From Cyanobium sp. (GTDB taxonomy: Bacteria; Cyanobacteriota; Cyanobacteriia; PCC-6307; Cyanobiaceae): a stretch of DNA of 64,000 nt. A model generated the notes under the pieces. The model saw only the letters and a program-made list of their open reading frames with translations. It ran no database searches and was not told the origin of the DNA. The position numbers were made by a program, and so were the translations under genes. The DNA lies in NCBI GenBank assembly GCA_044370835.1, contig JBILUS010000013.1:10231-74230 (forward strand). Reading direction: 5' to 3'. Of this stretch, positions 30,140-40,314 are shown one piece after another (the stretch's first letter is position 1; each line of letters starts with the position of its first letter).

Positions 30140-31303
30140 CTATTTGCCCATGCCGAGCTGCTGGGCCTTCTGGTACACCTTGCCCTCGGTGAGCAGGGAG
30201 GGAGCCACCACCACTTCCACCTGCTGCATCTCCTTGATGGTGCGGGCCCCGAGGGTGCCCATCGAGGTGCGGATGCAGCCCAGCAGGTTCTGGGTGCCAT
30301 CGTCGAGGCCGGCCGGACCGCGCAGGATGCGCTCGAGGCTGCCGGTGGTGCCGACCTTGATGCGGGTGCCGCGGGGCAGCACGGGACTGGGGGTGGCCAT
30401 GCCCCAGTGGAAGCCGCGGCCCGGGGCTTCGACGGCCCGGGCAATCGGGGATCCGATCATCACGGCATCGGCACCGCAGGCCAGACACTTGCAGATGTCG
30501 CCGCCGGTCACGATGCCGCCATCGGCCACGATCGGCACGTAGCGGCCACTCTCGTTGAAGTAGTCGTCGCGGGCGGCGGCGCAATCGGCCACCGAGGTGG
30601 CCTGGGGGATGCCGATGCCCAGCACGCCGCGGCTGGTGCAGGCCGCTCCGGGACCGATGCCCACCATCACGCCGGCGGCACCGGCCCGCATCAGCTTGAG
30701 GGCCACCTCATAGGTGACGCAGTTGCCGATGATCACCGGCACACCGAAATCGCGGCAGAGGGCCTCGAGATCGAGGCTCGCCTGGCCCTCGGGGCCGATG
30801 TGCTCGGTGCTCACCACCGTGGCCTGGACAAAGAAGAGGTCGGCACCGGCCTCGGCGATCGCCTTGCCGAACTTGAGGGCCGCCACGGGGGTGGCACTCA
30901 CCGCCGCGATGCCGCCGCCGGCCTTGATCTCGGCGATCCGCTGGCGGATCAGGTCTTCGCGCACCGGCTGGCTGTAGAGCTCCTGCATCAGCGGCACGAA
31001 CGCTTCCTTGCCCACCGCGGCGATCCGGTCCAGCACGGGGTTGGGGTCGTCGTAGCGGCACTGCACGCCCTCCAGGTTCAGCACCCCCAGGGCGCCCTGG
31101 CGGGTGAGCTCCACGCACATGCTCACATCGACCACGCCATCCATGGCGCTGGCGATGATCGGGATCTCCCGCTGGATGCCCCCCAGGGTCCAACTGCTGT
31201 CGGTGACGGCCGGATCCACGGTGCGGCCCCCCGGCACCAGGGCGATCTCATCGATGCCGTAAGCACGGCGCACGGTTCGGGATCGGCCGAGCTGGATGTT
31301 CAC
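30140..31303 (-). CDS. guaB: GuaB3-type IMP dehydrogenase
   Basis: RRAYGIDEIALVPG, ASAMDGV, GIGPGAACTSR, ADGG, VMIGSP. Confidence 0.92.
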   Translation of the reverse strand: MNIQLGRSRTVRRAYGIDEIALVPGGRTVDPAVTDSSWTLGGIQREIPIIASAMDGVVDVSMCVELTRQGALGVLNLEGVQCRYDDPNPVLDRIAAVGKEAFVPLMQELYSQPVREDLIRQRIAEIKAGGGIAAVSATPVAALKFGKAIAEAGADLFFVQATVVSTEHIGPEGQASLDLEALCRDFGVPVIIGNCVTYEVALKLMRAGAAGVMVGIGPGAACTSRGVLGIGIPQATSVADCAAARDDYFNESGRYVPIVADGGIVTGGDICKCLACGADAVMIGSPIARAVEAPGRGFHWGMATPSPVLPRGTRIKVGTTGSLERILRGPAGLDDGTQNLLGCIRTSMGTLGARTIKEMQQVEVVVAPSLLTEGKVYQKAQQLGMGK

Positions 31304-31369
31304 CGGTGGCGGGGGACGCAGTGGCCACAAACTATCAACCGGCCCACCGAGTGTCCCCACCGCCGGCGC

Positions 31370-32125
31370 TCAGTCGCGGCCGCGGAAGTCGGCCCAGCGC
31401 TCGCGCCAGGCCCCCAGGATCCGCTCCCGTTCCTGGCTGCGCACCAGACGGGTCAGAGCGAAGCGCAGCACCGCCACCAGGCCCACCAGCTGGAGCAGCC
31501 GGGGAAGCAGGGGCAGTTCGCCGAGGGTGCCGAGCAGGGCGCTGTACAGGCGCAGCAGCACCAACGCGGCGAGGAGCAGGCCCACGGCCCGAAGCGGGCC
31601 GCCGAGGGCCTCCCAGCGGGCCTGGAGTTCGGCGCCATCGAACCAGGCGCGCAGCTTGCCCACCAGCAGGTCCCACTCGCCCCCTTCACCGGCCTCGCCG
31701 GGTTCCAGGGGCGGCACCGACACCGTGCTGGCGATGCCGTCGCGGGGGGGGGCGGGCGCCGGGGCGGCAACAGCAGGGGGGGGCGCGGCTGGGGCCGTGA
31801 CCGGTTCGGCAGCGGCGGCGGCCCCAGCGGGGAGTTCGGTCTCCGGAGCCGTCTGTGGCGGCACGTCAGCGGCAAGCTCCGCCGCGACCTCAGCCTGCAC
31901 AAGCTCAGCCGCCGCCACCGGGGCCGCCAGCGGTGGAACGTCGACCTCTTCAGCCGCGTTGACGGCGTCGTTCTTGACGGCGTAGCTCTTGACGGCAGGC
32001 AGCACAGGCGCGGCAGTCTCAGGGACCACAGCGGCGGGCTCGACCGACGTGGGATCAAGAGCCTCGGGGGCCTCCTGCGGCGAAGCGGTGAGCTCGGTTT
32101 CGGGGGGCTGCGGAGTCTCGGCCAT
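31370..32125 (-). CDS. CAAD-domain (CURT1-like) thylakoid membrane protein with long disordered N-terminus
   Basis: GGEWDLL, two TM helices, LPLLPRLLQLVG, L.RSQER. Confidence 0.75.
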   Translation of the reverse strand: MAETPQPPETELTASPQEAPEALDPTSVEPAAVVPETAAPVLPAVKSYAVKNDAVNAAEEVDVPPLAAPVAAAELVQAEVAAELAADVPPQTAPETELPAGAAAAAEPVTAPAAPPPAVAAPAPAPPRDGIASTVSVPPLEPGEAGEGGEWDLLVGKLRAWFDGAELQARWEALGGPLRAVGLLLAALVLLRLYSALLGTLGELPLLPRLLQLVGLVAVLRFALTRLVRSQERERILGAWRERWADFRGRD

Positions 32126-32213
32126 GGAGCGACGGCGGGCTGGGCGGAGCTTACGGCCGTTTGCCGGGTTCGCCCTCCCGCCGGCCACGTCCCGGCAGCA
32201 CCCTTCGGCAGCC

Positions 32214-33413
32214 CTAGGCCTCCAGCGGCACCAGGGCCGGCCGGGAGGCCAGGGGCAGCAGGGGAAGGCGCAGGGGGAAGCGGTTGGCCACCAGCCGCTC
32301 CGCCAGGTCGGCGGCCCCCTCCTGGGCCAGGCGGGGACTGTGGCTCGGGGCGGCCGGGATGCTGCGGCCGGCCACCACGATCGCGCCGGCCTTGAGCGCC
32401 CCGTAGGACACGCCGCCGAAGCTGGGTTTGATCCGCCGCGGGATCGAAACATCCAGCACCGGCGCCTCCAGCTCCGCATCCGGGCAGGCGGCCTGGGCGG
32501 CGATGCCGCCATCGAGCAGGGGAATCGGCGCCGCGATCACCACCAGCAGGGCGGCGCCGTGCCCCTCGAAATGGCAGGCCCGCACCCAGCGGGGATCGAG
32601 GTCGTGCAGGTCCACGCTGAGGGCCGCCACCGCGCCGGGGGTGCGGGCATGGCCGCTGGGGAGCCGCTTCGGACGCGGCTGGTGGGCGCTGCCGCTGCCC
32701 ACCACCCAGCCGATGGCGCCCCCCACCAGCACGGGGGAACCGGGCCCCAGCAGCGCAAGGCCCGGCATGGCCAGGCCGATGCTGTCGGCCCCGGCGGCGG
32801 TGTAGAGGGCATGGGCAAAGGGCCCCAGCAAGGGACCCCAGGCGGTGCGCAGCACCCCCTCGGCGCTGCTCACCGCCACCAGCCCGTTTTCCACGATGCC
32901 CCGGTGGAGCAGCAGGCGGCCATGGCCGATGCGGTCCAGGTCCAGGCGGGTGTGGAGTTCCCGGCGGGGCTGCAGGGGCGTGACCTCACCGGCGGCGCTG
33001 AGGTCCACGCTGCGGCCGGCCAGGAGAGTCGCCAGCACCTGGGCCCCTCCGGAGCGGCCCCCATCGGGGACGCCCCCAATCGGCAGGAGCAGGTCGGAGC
33101 CGGCACCGCCGGCCAGGGCTTCCACCCCGCCCAGCTGGGGCTCCCGCAGCCGGATCGGCGGATCGGTGGGCCCCAGGTGCAGCAGCAGGCTCGCCTGGTC
33201 GGTGAAGCCCGCATCGGCTGCCACCACCACATCGGTGGCGGCATAGGCCTCCGCCAGGCCCACCTCGGCCACCAGGCGCCGAAACGCAGCCGCCACCCGC
33301 ACCCGCAGCTGGCCCCGCCGCTGGCGGTCGCGCAGCTCCTCCTCGCTGCGGGGGGGCAGGTCGGGCAGGCCGCGCCGCGGCGCCCCATCGGCGGTGGTGC
33401 TGCGGGGGGCCAT
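32214..33413 (-). CDS. DUF39 'homocysteine biosynthesis' protein (aspartate-semialdehyde sulfurtransferase-like), diverged
   Basis: DVVV, GPTDPPIR, GPGSPVLVGGAIGWVVGSG..H.P, APIPLLD..IA, PVLDVSIPRR, P.FG.VSY..LK.G. Confidence 0.7.
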   Translation of the reverse strand: MAPRSTTADGAPRRGLPDLPPRSEEELRDRQRRGQLRVRVAAAFRRLVAEVGLAEAYAATDVVVAADAGFTDQASLLLHLGPTDPPIRLREPQLGGVEALAGGAGSDLLLPIGGVPDGGRSGGAQVLATLLAGRSVDLSAAGEVTPLQPRRELHTRLDLDRIGHGRLLLHRGIVENGLVAVSSAEGVLRTAWGPLLGPFAHALYTAAGADSIGLAMPGLALLGPGSPVLVGGAIGWVVGSGSAHQPRPKRLPSGHARTPGAVAALSVDLHDLDPRWVRACHFEGHGAALLVVIAAPIPLLDGGIAAQAACPDAELEAPVLDVSIPRRIKPSFGGVSYGALKAGAIVVAGRSIPAAPSHSPRLAQEGAADLAERLVANRFPLRLPLLPLASRPALVPLEA

Positions 33414-33572
33414 GGCCGCGGGGGCTGCCTTGGGGCGGATCGACTCCCAGCCTGGCGGGCCCTGCACCCCCTGGCCAGACCTGGGCCGGAGGCGGAGTCC
33501 TACGGATGGCATCGGCGGCGGGCCAGAGGGGAGGGGCTTCGATAAAGTGGAGCCAGTCCCTGGCGGTCGTGC

Positions 33573-36227
33573 ATGGCGGATCCCACCGGACCCGGCGAAA
33601 ACAGTCCCGGCGAATCCGACGGACGGATCATCCAGACCGATCTCCGCAACGAGATGTCGCGCTCCTATCTGGAGTACGCGATGAGCGTGATCGTGGGCCG
33701 GGCCCTGCCCGATGCCCGCGACGGCCTCAAGCCCGTGCACCGGCGCATCCTCTACGCGATGTACGAGCTGGGGCTCACCAACGACCGCCCCTACCGCAAA
33801 TGCGCCCGTGTGGTGGGCGAAGTGCTGGGCAAATACCACCCCCATGGCGACACCGCGGTGTACGACGCCCTGGTGCGCATGGCGCAGGACTTCTCGATGC
33901 GCATGCCCCTGATTGATGGGCACGGCAACTTCGGCTCGGTCGACAACGACCCTCCGGCTGCGATGCGGTACACCGAATCGCGGCTGCAGGCGCTCACCAC
34001 CGATGCCCTGCTGGAGGACATCGAGAGCGAGACCGTCGACTTCGTCGACAACTTCGATGGCTCCCAGCAGGAGCCCACCGTGATGCCGGCGCGGATTCCG
34101 CAGCTGCTGCTCAACGGCTCCACCGGCATCGCCGTGGGGATGGCCACCAACATCCCCCCCCACAACCTCACCGAACTGATCGACGGCCTGCTGGCCCTGA
34201 TCGCCAACCCCGAGCTCGACGACCGGGCCCTGATGGCGATCATCCCCGGGCCCGACTTCCCCACCGGCGGCCAGATTCTCGGCCGCCGCGGCATCCGCGA
34301 GACCTACACCACCGGCCGGGGCTCGGTGACGATGCGCGGCGTGGCCAACATCGAAACGATCGAGGCCAAGGGCCGGCCCGATCGCGATGCGGTGATCATC
34401 ACCGAGCTCCCTTACCAGACCAACAAGGCGGCCCTGATCGAGCGGATCGCCGAGCTGGTCAACGACAAGAAGCTCGAGGGCATCGCCGACATCCGCGACG
34501 AAAGCGACCGCGACGGCATGCGGATCGTGATCGAGCTGCGGCGCGATGCCTATCCGCAGGTGGTGCTCAACAACCTGTTCAAGCTGACGCCGCTGCAGAG
34601 CAACTTCAACGCCTACCTGCTGGCGCTGGTGAAGGGTGAGCCGATCCTGCTCACCCTGCGCAAGATGCTCGAGGTGTTCCTCGACTTCCGGGTCGAGACG
34701 ATCGAGCGCCGCACCCGCTACCTGCTGCGCAAGGCCGAGGAGCGCGACCACATCCTGCTCGGCCTGCTGATCGCCCTCGACAACCTCGACGCGATCATCG
34801 CCCTGATCCGCTCGGCCGCCGACACCGCCTCGGCCCGCCAGGGCCTGATGGACCAGTTCGGCCTCAGCGAGGTCCAGGCTGACGCGATCCTGCAGATGCA
34901 GCTGCGGCGCCTCACCGCCCTCGAGGCGGACAAGATCCGGCTGGAGCACGAGGATCTGCTCGCCAAGATCACTGACTACCAGGACATCCTGGCGCGGCGG
35001 GAGCGGGTGTTCGGCCTGATCAACGATGAGCTCCAGGCGATCCGCAGCCGCTACGACTCCCCCCGCCGCACCGAGATTCTCGATCTCGAGGGCGGCCTCG
35101 ACGACATCGATCTGATCGCCAACGAGCGCTCGGTGGTGCTGCTCACCGAGAACGGCTACCTCAAGCGGATGCCGGTGAGCGAGTTCGAGGCCACCAGCCG
35201 CGGCACCCGCGGCAAGGCCGGCACCCGCAGCCAGGGTGAGGAGGCGGTGAAGCTGTTCATCAGCTGCAACGACCACGATTCGCTCCTGCTGTTCAGCGAC
35301 CGTGGCGTGGTGTATTCGGTGCCGGCCTACCGGGTGCCGATCTGCAGCCGCGCCGCCAAGGGCACGCCGATCGTGCAGCTGCTGCCGATCCCCCGCGAGG
35401 AGGCGATCACTTCCCTGGTGTCGGTGAGTGCCTTCGACGACGACGTGCAGCTGGTGATGCTGACCAGCGGCGGCTACGTGAAGCGCACCCGTCTCTCGGC
35501 CTTCAGCAACATCCGCTCCAACGGCCTGATCGCCATCTCCCTTGAGGAGGGCGACGACCTGCGCTGGGTGCGGCTTGCCCTCCCCGGCGACAGCGTGCTG
35601 ATCGGCTCTCTCAAGGGCATGACGATCCACTTCCGGCTCAGCGATGAGGAGCTGCGGCCCCTGGGGCGCACGGCGCGCGGGGTGCGGGCCATGAACCTGC
35701 GCGAGGGCGACCGGCTGGTGAGCATGGATGTGCTGCCCGCCGAACTCGCCGACCGGGTGGCCAGCAGTGAGGCCGCCGGTGAGGACGACGAGGCTGAGGA
35801 GGTGGCGGCCAGCGAGGGCCCCTGGGTGCTGGTGGCCAGCGCCAGCGGTCTGGGCAAGCGGGTGCCGGTGGATCAGTTCCGGCTCCAGAAGCGGGCCGGC
35901 ATGGGCTTGCGCTGCATGAAGTTCCGCCGCGACGGCGATGTGCTGGTGGGCCTCAAGGTGCTCGGCGCTGGCGAGGAATTGCTGCTGGTGAGCGAACGGG
36001 GCGTGATCGTGCGGATGCCCGCCGATGCCATTCCCCAGCAGTCGCGGGCGGCCACCGGCGTACGCCTGCAGCGCATCGATGCCGGCGATCGTCTGGCCGA
36101 GGTGGTGCTGGTGCCGCCGGCGCCCGAGGGCGAGGAGAGCGAGGTCGACGACGATCCGGGCAGCACCAACGCGGCGGCCACCGATGCCCCCAGCGACAGC
36201 GCGGACGCCGCGGCCACCGATGCCTGA
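33573..36227 (+). CDS. gyrA: DNA gyrase subunit A
   Basis: [41 protein letters not shown], GyrA-box-like RGTRG, beta-pinwheel repeats. Confidence 0.97.
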   Translation: MADPTGPGENSPGESDGRIIQTDLRNEMSRSYLEYAMSVIVGRALPDARDGLKPVHRRILYAMYELGLTNDRPYRKCARVVGEVLGKYHPHGDTAVYDALVRMAQDFSMRMPLIDGHGNFGSVDNDPPAAMRYTESRLQALTTDALLEDIESETVDFVDNFDGSQQEPTVMPARIPQLLLNGSTGIAVGMATNIPPHNLTELIDGLLALIANPELDDRALMAIIPGPDFPTGGQILGRRGIRETYTTGRGSVTMRGVANIETIEAKGRPDRDAVIITELPYQTNKAALIERIAELVNDKKLEGIADIRDESDRDGMRIVIELRRDAYPQVVLNNLFKLTPLQSNFNAYLLALVKGEPILLTLRKMLEVFLDFRVETIERRTRYLLRKAEERDHILLGLLIALDNLDAIIALIRSAADTASARQGLMDQFGLSEVQADAILQMQLRRLTALEADKIRLEHEDLLAKITDYQDILARRERVFGLINDELQAIRSRYDSPRRTEILDLEGGLDDIDLIANERSVVLLTENGYLKRMPVSEFEATSRGTRGKAGTRSQGEEAVKLFISCNDHDSLLLFSDRGVVYSVPAYRVPICSRAAKGTPIVQLLPIPREEAITSLVSVSAFDDDVQLVMLTSGGYVKRTRLSAFSNIRSNGLIAISLEEGDDLRWVRLALPGDSVLIGSLKGMTIHFRLSDEELRPLGRTARGVRAMNLREGDRLVSMDVLPAELADRVASSEAAGEDDEAEEVAASEGPWVLVASASGLGKRVPVDQFRLQKRAGMGLRCMKFRRDGDVLVGLKVLGAGEELLLVSERGVIVRMPADAIPQQSRAATGVRLQRIDAGDRLAEVVLVPPAPEGEESEVDDDPGSTNAAATDAPSDSADAAATDA

Positions 36228-37353
36228 TCACCACGGCGATCTCTGGATCGCCAACACGGTGAGCGATCTGATCCAGGGGGACATCAACGAACATCTGCCC
36301 CTGGAAGCCATCCCCCTGAAAGGCGACGTGCTGGGCCTGGGCACCACCACCAGCATCGACAACGGCGAGCTCAGCTTCCTTCCCAACAGCGACGGCAACA
36401 CCACCATCTGGAAGTGTGATGCGGCCCGGGGCGGCATCCGGGCCCTGCAAAGCGGGGATGGCAGCGCCCATTTCCCTTATGTGTGCTTCAGCGCCGATGC
36501 CACGGGCGTGCGGCTGCCGGTGGATCCGGCCGAGCTCGGCGATGTGGAGGGCCAACCCCTGCAGACGCTGCTAGGGCCGTTGATCACCCGCTTGCGCCGT
36601 GAAGGGCGCCTGGTGGAGGCCCCGATCTATGGGATTCGCCTCCGCTGCCGGTGGCACGCGCTGGTGATCACCGTGTCCTCGAAGCTGTGCATGGCGCAGC
36701 AACGCCGCAACCAACGCTTCCGTGCCGTCTGCGAGCCCGCACAACCGGCGGGGGGCAGCATCTATGACCAACTCCAGCACTTCCGTCTCAGCGAGAGCGA
36801 TCCGGCAGACCGCAGCGATCCGATCCGTTTCCTCGGGCGTTCGCTCGATTGGGAGTGCTGCGGCTTCTGGGACACCGATCCCAGCGCCGGTCGGGTCACG
36901 ATCCCGCAGCCGGACGACCACCTGCATCTGCACGGCTGCAGCACGGATCTGCTCCACGGAGGGCACCTCCGTCATGAACACCCGGGTAGCCGGCTGCGGG
37001 GGATCGAGCAGCTGTCGATCTACCCCCTGCAGCGCCTGCACCAGCTGGCGAGCGATCTGGCGGTGGAGCGGCCGTTGTTTGAAGCCGGGATAGTCCAGTT
37101 CAGCGTTGTCAATCGCGGTGCGATGGACATCAGCGATGTGGGGGTTGCCATCGTGATCGACGATCGCTATTCCGATCACCGCTATCTGCGGCTGCCCTGG
37201 CTGGCGGCCGGGCAGGAGGAGCGTTACAGCCTTGGCCTCGATCTCTCCCCCGGGCCGCACCGCCTGGAGGTGATCGCCGATCCGGAGCAACAGATTCTGG
37301 AGGCTGCCGAGCTGCAGGCCAACAATCGCGCCGTTCTCGAGGTGCAGCTGTGA
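36220..37353 (+). CDS. Alpha-acetolactate-decarboxylase-fold protein fused to a C-terminal CARDB (Ig-like) domain
   Basis: GD.LGLGT...NGEL, YGIR, GF, HLHLH...GGH; then DLAV...V.NRG...LAAG...H.LEV.ADP...I.E...NN. Confidence 0.7.
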   Translation: MPDHHGDLWIANTVSDLIQGDINEHLPLEAIPLKGDVLGLGTTTSIDNGELSFLPNSDGNTTIWKCDAARGGIRALQSGDGSAHFPYVCFSADATGVRLPVDPAELGDVEGQPLQTLLGPLITRLRREGRLVEAPIYGIRLRCRWHALVITVSSKLCMAQQRRNQRFRAVCEPAQPAGGSIYDQLQHFRLSESDPADRSDPIRFLGRSLDWECCGFWDTDPSAGRVTIPQPDDHLHLHGCSTDLLHGGHLRHEHPGSRLRGIEQLSIYPLQRLHQLASDLAVERPLFEAGIVQFSVVNRGAMDISDVGVAIVIDDRYSDHRYLRLPWLAAGQEERYSLGLDLSPGPHRLEVIADPEQQILEAAELQANNRAVLEVQL

Positions 37354-38606
37354 ACGGGGTGAGCGCCGGGCCGATCGCCGAGGTGCTGGTGATCGGCTCC
37401 GGGCCCGCCGCCCTGGCGATCGCCGCCGCCCTGGTGGAGCGGGGGCTACGGGTGGAGGCCCTGGCCCTGGAGGATCCTGCGGCCCCCTGGCCCAACACCT
37501 ACGGCATCTGGGGTCCGGAGGCGGATCGGGCCGGCCTGGGCCACCTGCTGGAGCACCGCTGGAGCAACACCGTGAGCTGGTTCGGGCCCGAGCCCACCCG
37601 CCACGGCATCGACTACGGCCTGTTCAACCAACGCGGCCTGCAGCAGCACTGGCTGGATCAGCTCGCGGCCGCCGGCGTGGTGTGGCACCGGGGCCGAGCC
37701 GAGGCCATCCGCCACACCGCGACGGATTCGGAGGTCTGCACCGCCGGCGGCGATCGCCTGAAGGCCCGGCTGGTGGTGGATGCCAGCGGCCATGAGCCGG
37801 TGTTCGTGCAACGCCCCACGGGGGAGCCGATCGCGGAGCAGGCCGCCTACGGCATCGTGGGTCGCTTCTCAAGGCCACCGGTGGATCCCGATCAGTTTGT
37901 GCTGATGGATTTCCGTGCCGACCACCTCAGCGAGGTTGAGCGCCGCAACGAATCCCCCACCTTCCTCTACGCCATGGATCTGGGCGAGGGCCGTTTCTTC
38001 GTGGAGGAGACCTCCCTGGCCCTGGCCCCGCCCGTGCCCTATCCGGTGTTGCAGGAGCGGCTGCAGCGTCGTTTGGCCCACGCCGGCATCACCGTGGCGG
38101 CGATCGAGCACCAGGAGTTTTGCCTCTTCCCCATGAATCTGCCCCTGCCCGATCTCGAGCAGCGGGTGGTGGGCTTCGGTGGCGCCGCCTCGATGGTGCA
38201 TCCCGCCTCCGGCTATCTGGTGGGCTCCCTGCTGCGACGGGCGCCGGATCTGGCGGACGCCATCGCTGGAGCCCTGGCTGATCCCGCCCTCGATGGCGCC
38301 GCCGTGGCCCGCCAGGCCTGGGAGGGCCTCTGGCCCCTGGAACTGCGGCGCCGCCACGCCCTGTTCCGCTTCGGCCTCGAGAAGCTGATGCGCTACCCCG
38401 AAGAACAGCTGCGGACGTTTTTCATCACCTTCTTCGCCCTGCCCCGCCAGGAATGGAGCGGCTTTCTCACCAACACCCTGCCCCTGCCCGAACTGGTGGG
38501 GGCCATGGTGCGGCTGTTTGCCACAGCCCCCTGGAGCGTGCGCTGGGGCCTGATGCAGCAACAGGGCCGGGAGCTGGGCCTGCTGGGCAGGGTTTTGGCG
38601 CCCTGA
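37350..38606 (+). CDS. crtL: Lycopene cyclase (CrtL type)
   Basis: VIGSGPAA, WPNTYGIW, DASGH, LMDFR, PTFLYAM, FVEETSL, GGAASMVHPASGY. Confidence 0.92.
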   Translation: MNGVSAGPIAEVLVIGSGPAALAIAAALVERGLRVEALALEDPAAPWPNTYGIWGPEADRAGLGHLLEHRWSNTVSWFGPEPTRHGIDYGLFNQRGLQQHWLDQLAAAGVVWHRGRAEAIRHTATDSEVCTAGGDRLKARLVVDASGHEPVFVQRPTGEPIAEQAAYGIVGRFSRPPVDPDQFVLMDFRADHLSEVERRNESPTFLYAMDLGEGRFFVEETSLALAPPVPYPVLQERLQRRLAHAGITVAAIEHQEFCLFPMNLPLPDLEQRVVGFGGAASMVHPASGYLVGSLLRRAPDLADAIAGALADPALDGAAVARQAWEGLWPLELRRRHALFRFGLEKLMRYPEEQLRTFFITFFALPRQEWSGFLTNTLPLPELVGAMVRLFATAPWSVRWGLMQQQGRELGLLGRVLAP

Positions 38607-38746
38607 TGGGGTTCCTGGCTGATCACGATGCGATTCCGCTGTCGATGGGCTGCGGTGCCTCAACGAAGCAGCCTGGAGCAGCCCGCTGCCCCCCATCAGC
38701 CAACGCGGTCCTCCATGATGCGGATCTCAGGAAGGGGTTCGACACC

Positions 38747-39358
38747 ATGGCCTCGGGCGTCGCCAGCACGGGTGTTCCGGCGGAATCGGCCGCCGATTGC
38801 CGCACCGAAGTGCTTCACCTCCTACGGGATCGGGGCCACGCCAGTTCGGCCGCCGAGGCGCCCCGGGTGCGGGAGCTGCTGCAGCGGCTGGAGCATCTGC
38901 AGCCCGCCAACCTCGCGGCCGAGAGCGACCGGCTCACGGGGGTGTGGGAACTGCGCTGGAGCAGCAGCCGCCAGCCCTATCTGGCGGTGGCGCCCTGGCT
39001 GGAAAATCTGCAGCTGCTCGATCCGCGGCGGGGCCGGGCCATGAACCTGCTGCGCCTGGCCGGCCTGGTCGCTCCCCTGGCCGGCATCGCGGTGCAGGCC
39101 CGCATCACGGTGGAGGGCACCCAGCGGGTGGGTGTGCGCTTCGTGCGGGGCGGCTGGCTTGGCCCCCGGATCGGCCAGCGGCGCCTCCAACTGCTGCGCG
39201 AGGTGAACCAGAGCTTTCCGGCCTGGCTGGACATCACCGTGCTGGATGACGACCTGCGGGTCTGCCGCGGTAACGCCGGCACCCTGTTCGCCCTGGTGCG
39301 CCGCCCGGAGTTGCAGCTGGAGGACTTCTTCGGCGACCAGCCCGGGAGTACGGGGTGA
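38747..39358 (+). CDS. PAP/fibrillin family protein
   Basis: L.G.WEL.WSSS, NLQLLD, AWLDIT.LD..LR..RGN.GT.F.L; start uncertain (38606 also possible). Confidence 0.8.
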   Translation: MASGVASTGVPAESAADCRTEVLHLLRDRGHASSAAEAPRVRELLQRLEHLQPANLAAESDRLTGVWELRWSSSRQPYLAVAPWLENLQLLDPRRGRAMNLLRLAGLVAPLAGIAVQARITVEGTQRVGVRFVRGGWLGPRIGQRRLQLLREVNQSFPAWLDITVLDDDLRVCRGNAGTLFALVRRPELQLEDFFGDQPGSTG

Positions 39359-39463
39359 ACAGGGGCTGTGGGCGGCCCACCATCAGCCGGCGGATGCGAA
39401 GGTTTTCCTCATGCCAGCCCTGGGGTTCAGACCTAGCGTTGGCCCGATCGGCAGTCTTGCTCC

Positions 39464-40264
39464 TTGGACGCAGCCCCGGCCACCACCGTCGCTCAAGCGG
39501 CACCGAAGTGGACCCTGTTTCTCAAGGTGCTGCCCCTCACCGCCCTGTTTGCCCTTGCCAAGCTTGGCGTGCACCGGCTTGGGCTGGAACCCTGGGAGTT
39601 CGATTCCCTGACGGGATCGCTGTTTGGTGCTTCCACCTTCGTGCTGGCGTTCGTGTTGAGCGGCACCCTGGCCGCCTACAACGCCAGCGAAGACATGGTG
39701 GTGCAGTTCATCAACGCGGTGGAATCGATTGAGGATATCAATCACTACCTCGCCCGCCTCCAGCCCCAGCTCGAAACCGCCAACCTCACCACCTGCCTGG
39801 CCGATCTGCTGAGGCAGCTGGCGCAATGGCTGGCCAATCAAGTTGGGTTTGAGGTGATCGATGCCCGCCTTGCCGAGCTCACCCAGATCCTGGCGGACCT
39901 GCGCCAGAACAGTGGCGACTCCGTTGTCGATCGAGGTTTGCCTGAGCTCGCAAGGCTCCGGATCCTGGTCAACCGGATGGCCAGCAATCGAGACAGTGAG
40001 TTTCTGGGACCCGCCTATGCGATGCTCGAGATTTTTCTGGTTGGCGCCGTTTTGGCGCTTGTGCTGATCGGGGCTGATCGATTCAGTGAAAATATGGTGG
40101 TTTCCTGCTTTTTGTTCACCTCTTTCACCTATTTGTTGCTGCTGATTCGTGATCTTGATAATCCCTTCCAGTACGACGGCAGCTCCTGCGTTGATGTTGA
40201 CCTATCCGTTTTGCATTCCTGCCGGCAGCGATTGCTGGGCCGGGGAGGCGCCACGCCTAATTGA
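39464..40264 (+). CDS. Bestrophin-like (DUF4239-type) membrane protein
   Basis: 2+2 TM layout with a cytoplasmic helical insert and LIRDLDNPF motif. Confidence 0.6.
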   Translation: MDAAPATTVAQAAPKWTLFLKVLPLTALFALAKLGVHRLGLEPWEFDSLTGSLFGASTFVLAFVLSGTLAAYNASEDMVVQFINAVESIEDINHYLARLQPQLETANLTTCLADLLRQLAQWLANQVGFEVIDARLAELTQILADLRQNSGDSVVDRGLPELARLRILVNRMASNRDSEFLGPAYAMLEIFLVGAVLALVLIGADRFSENMVVSCFLFTSFTYLLLLIRDLDNPFQYDGSSCVDVDLSVLHSCRQRLLGRGGATPN

Positions 40265-40314
40265 GCATGAGTGAGCCTGATTGAGTTTGCTTCCACGTTC
40301 ATCTCTGTAAAGCC

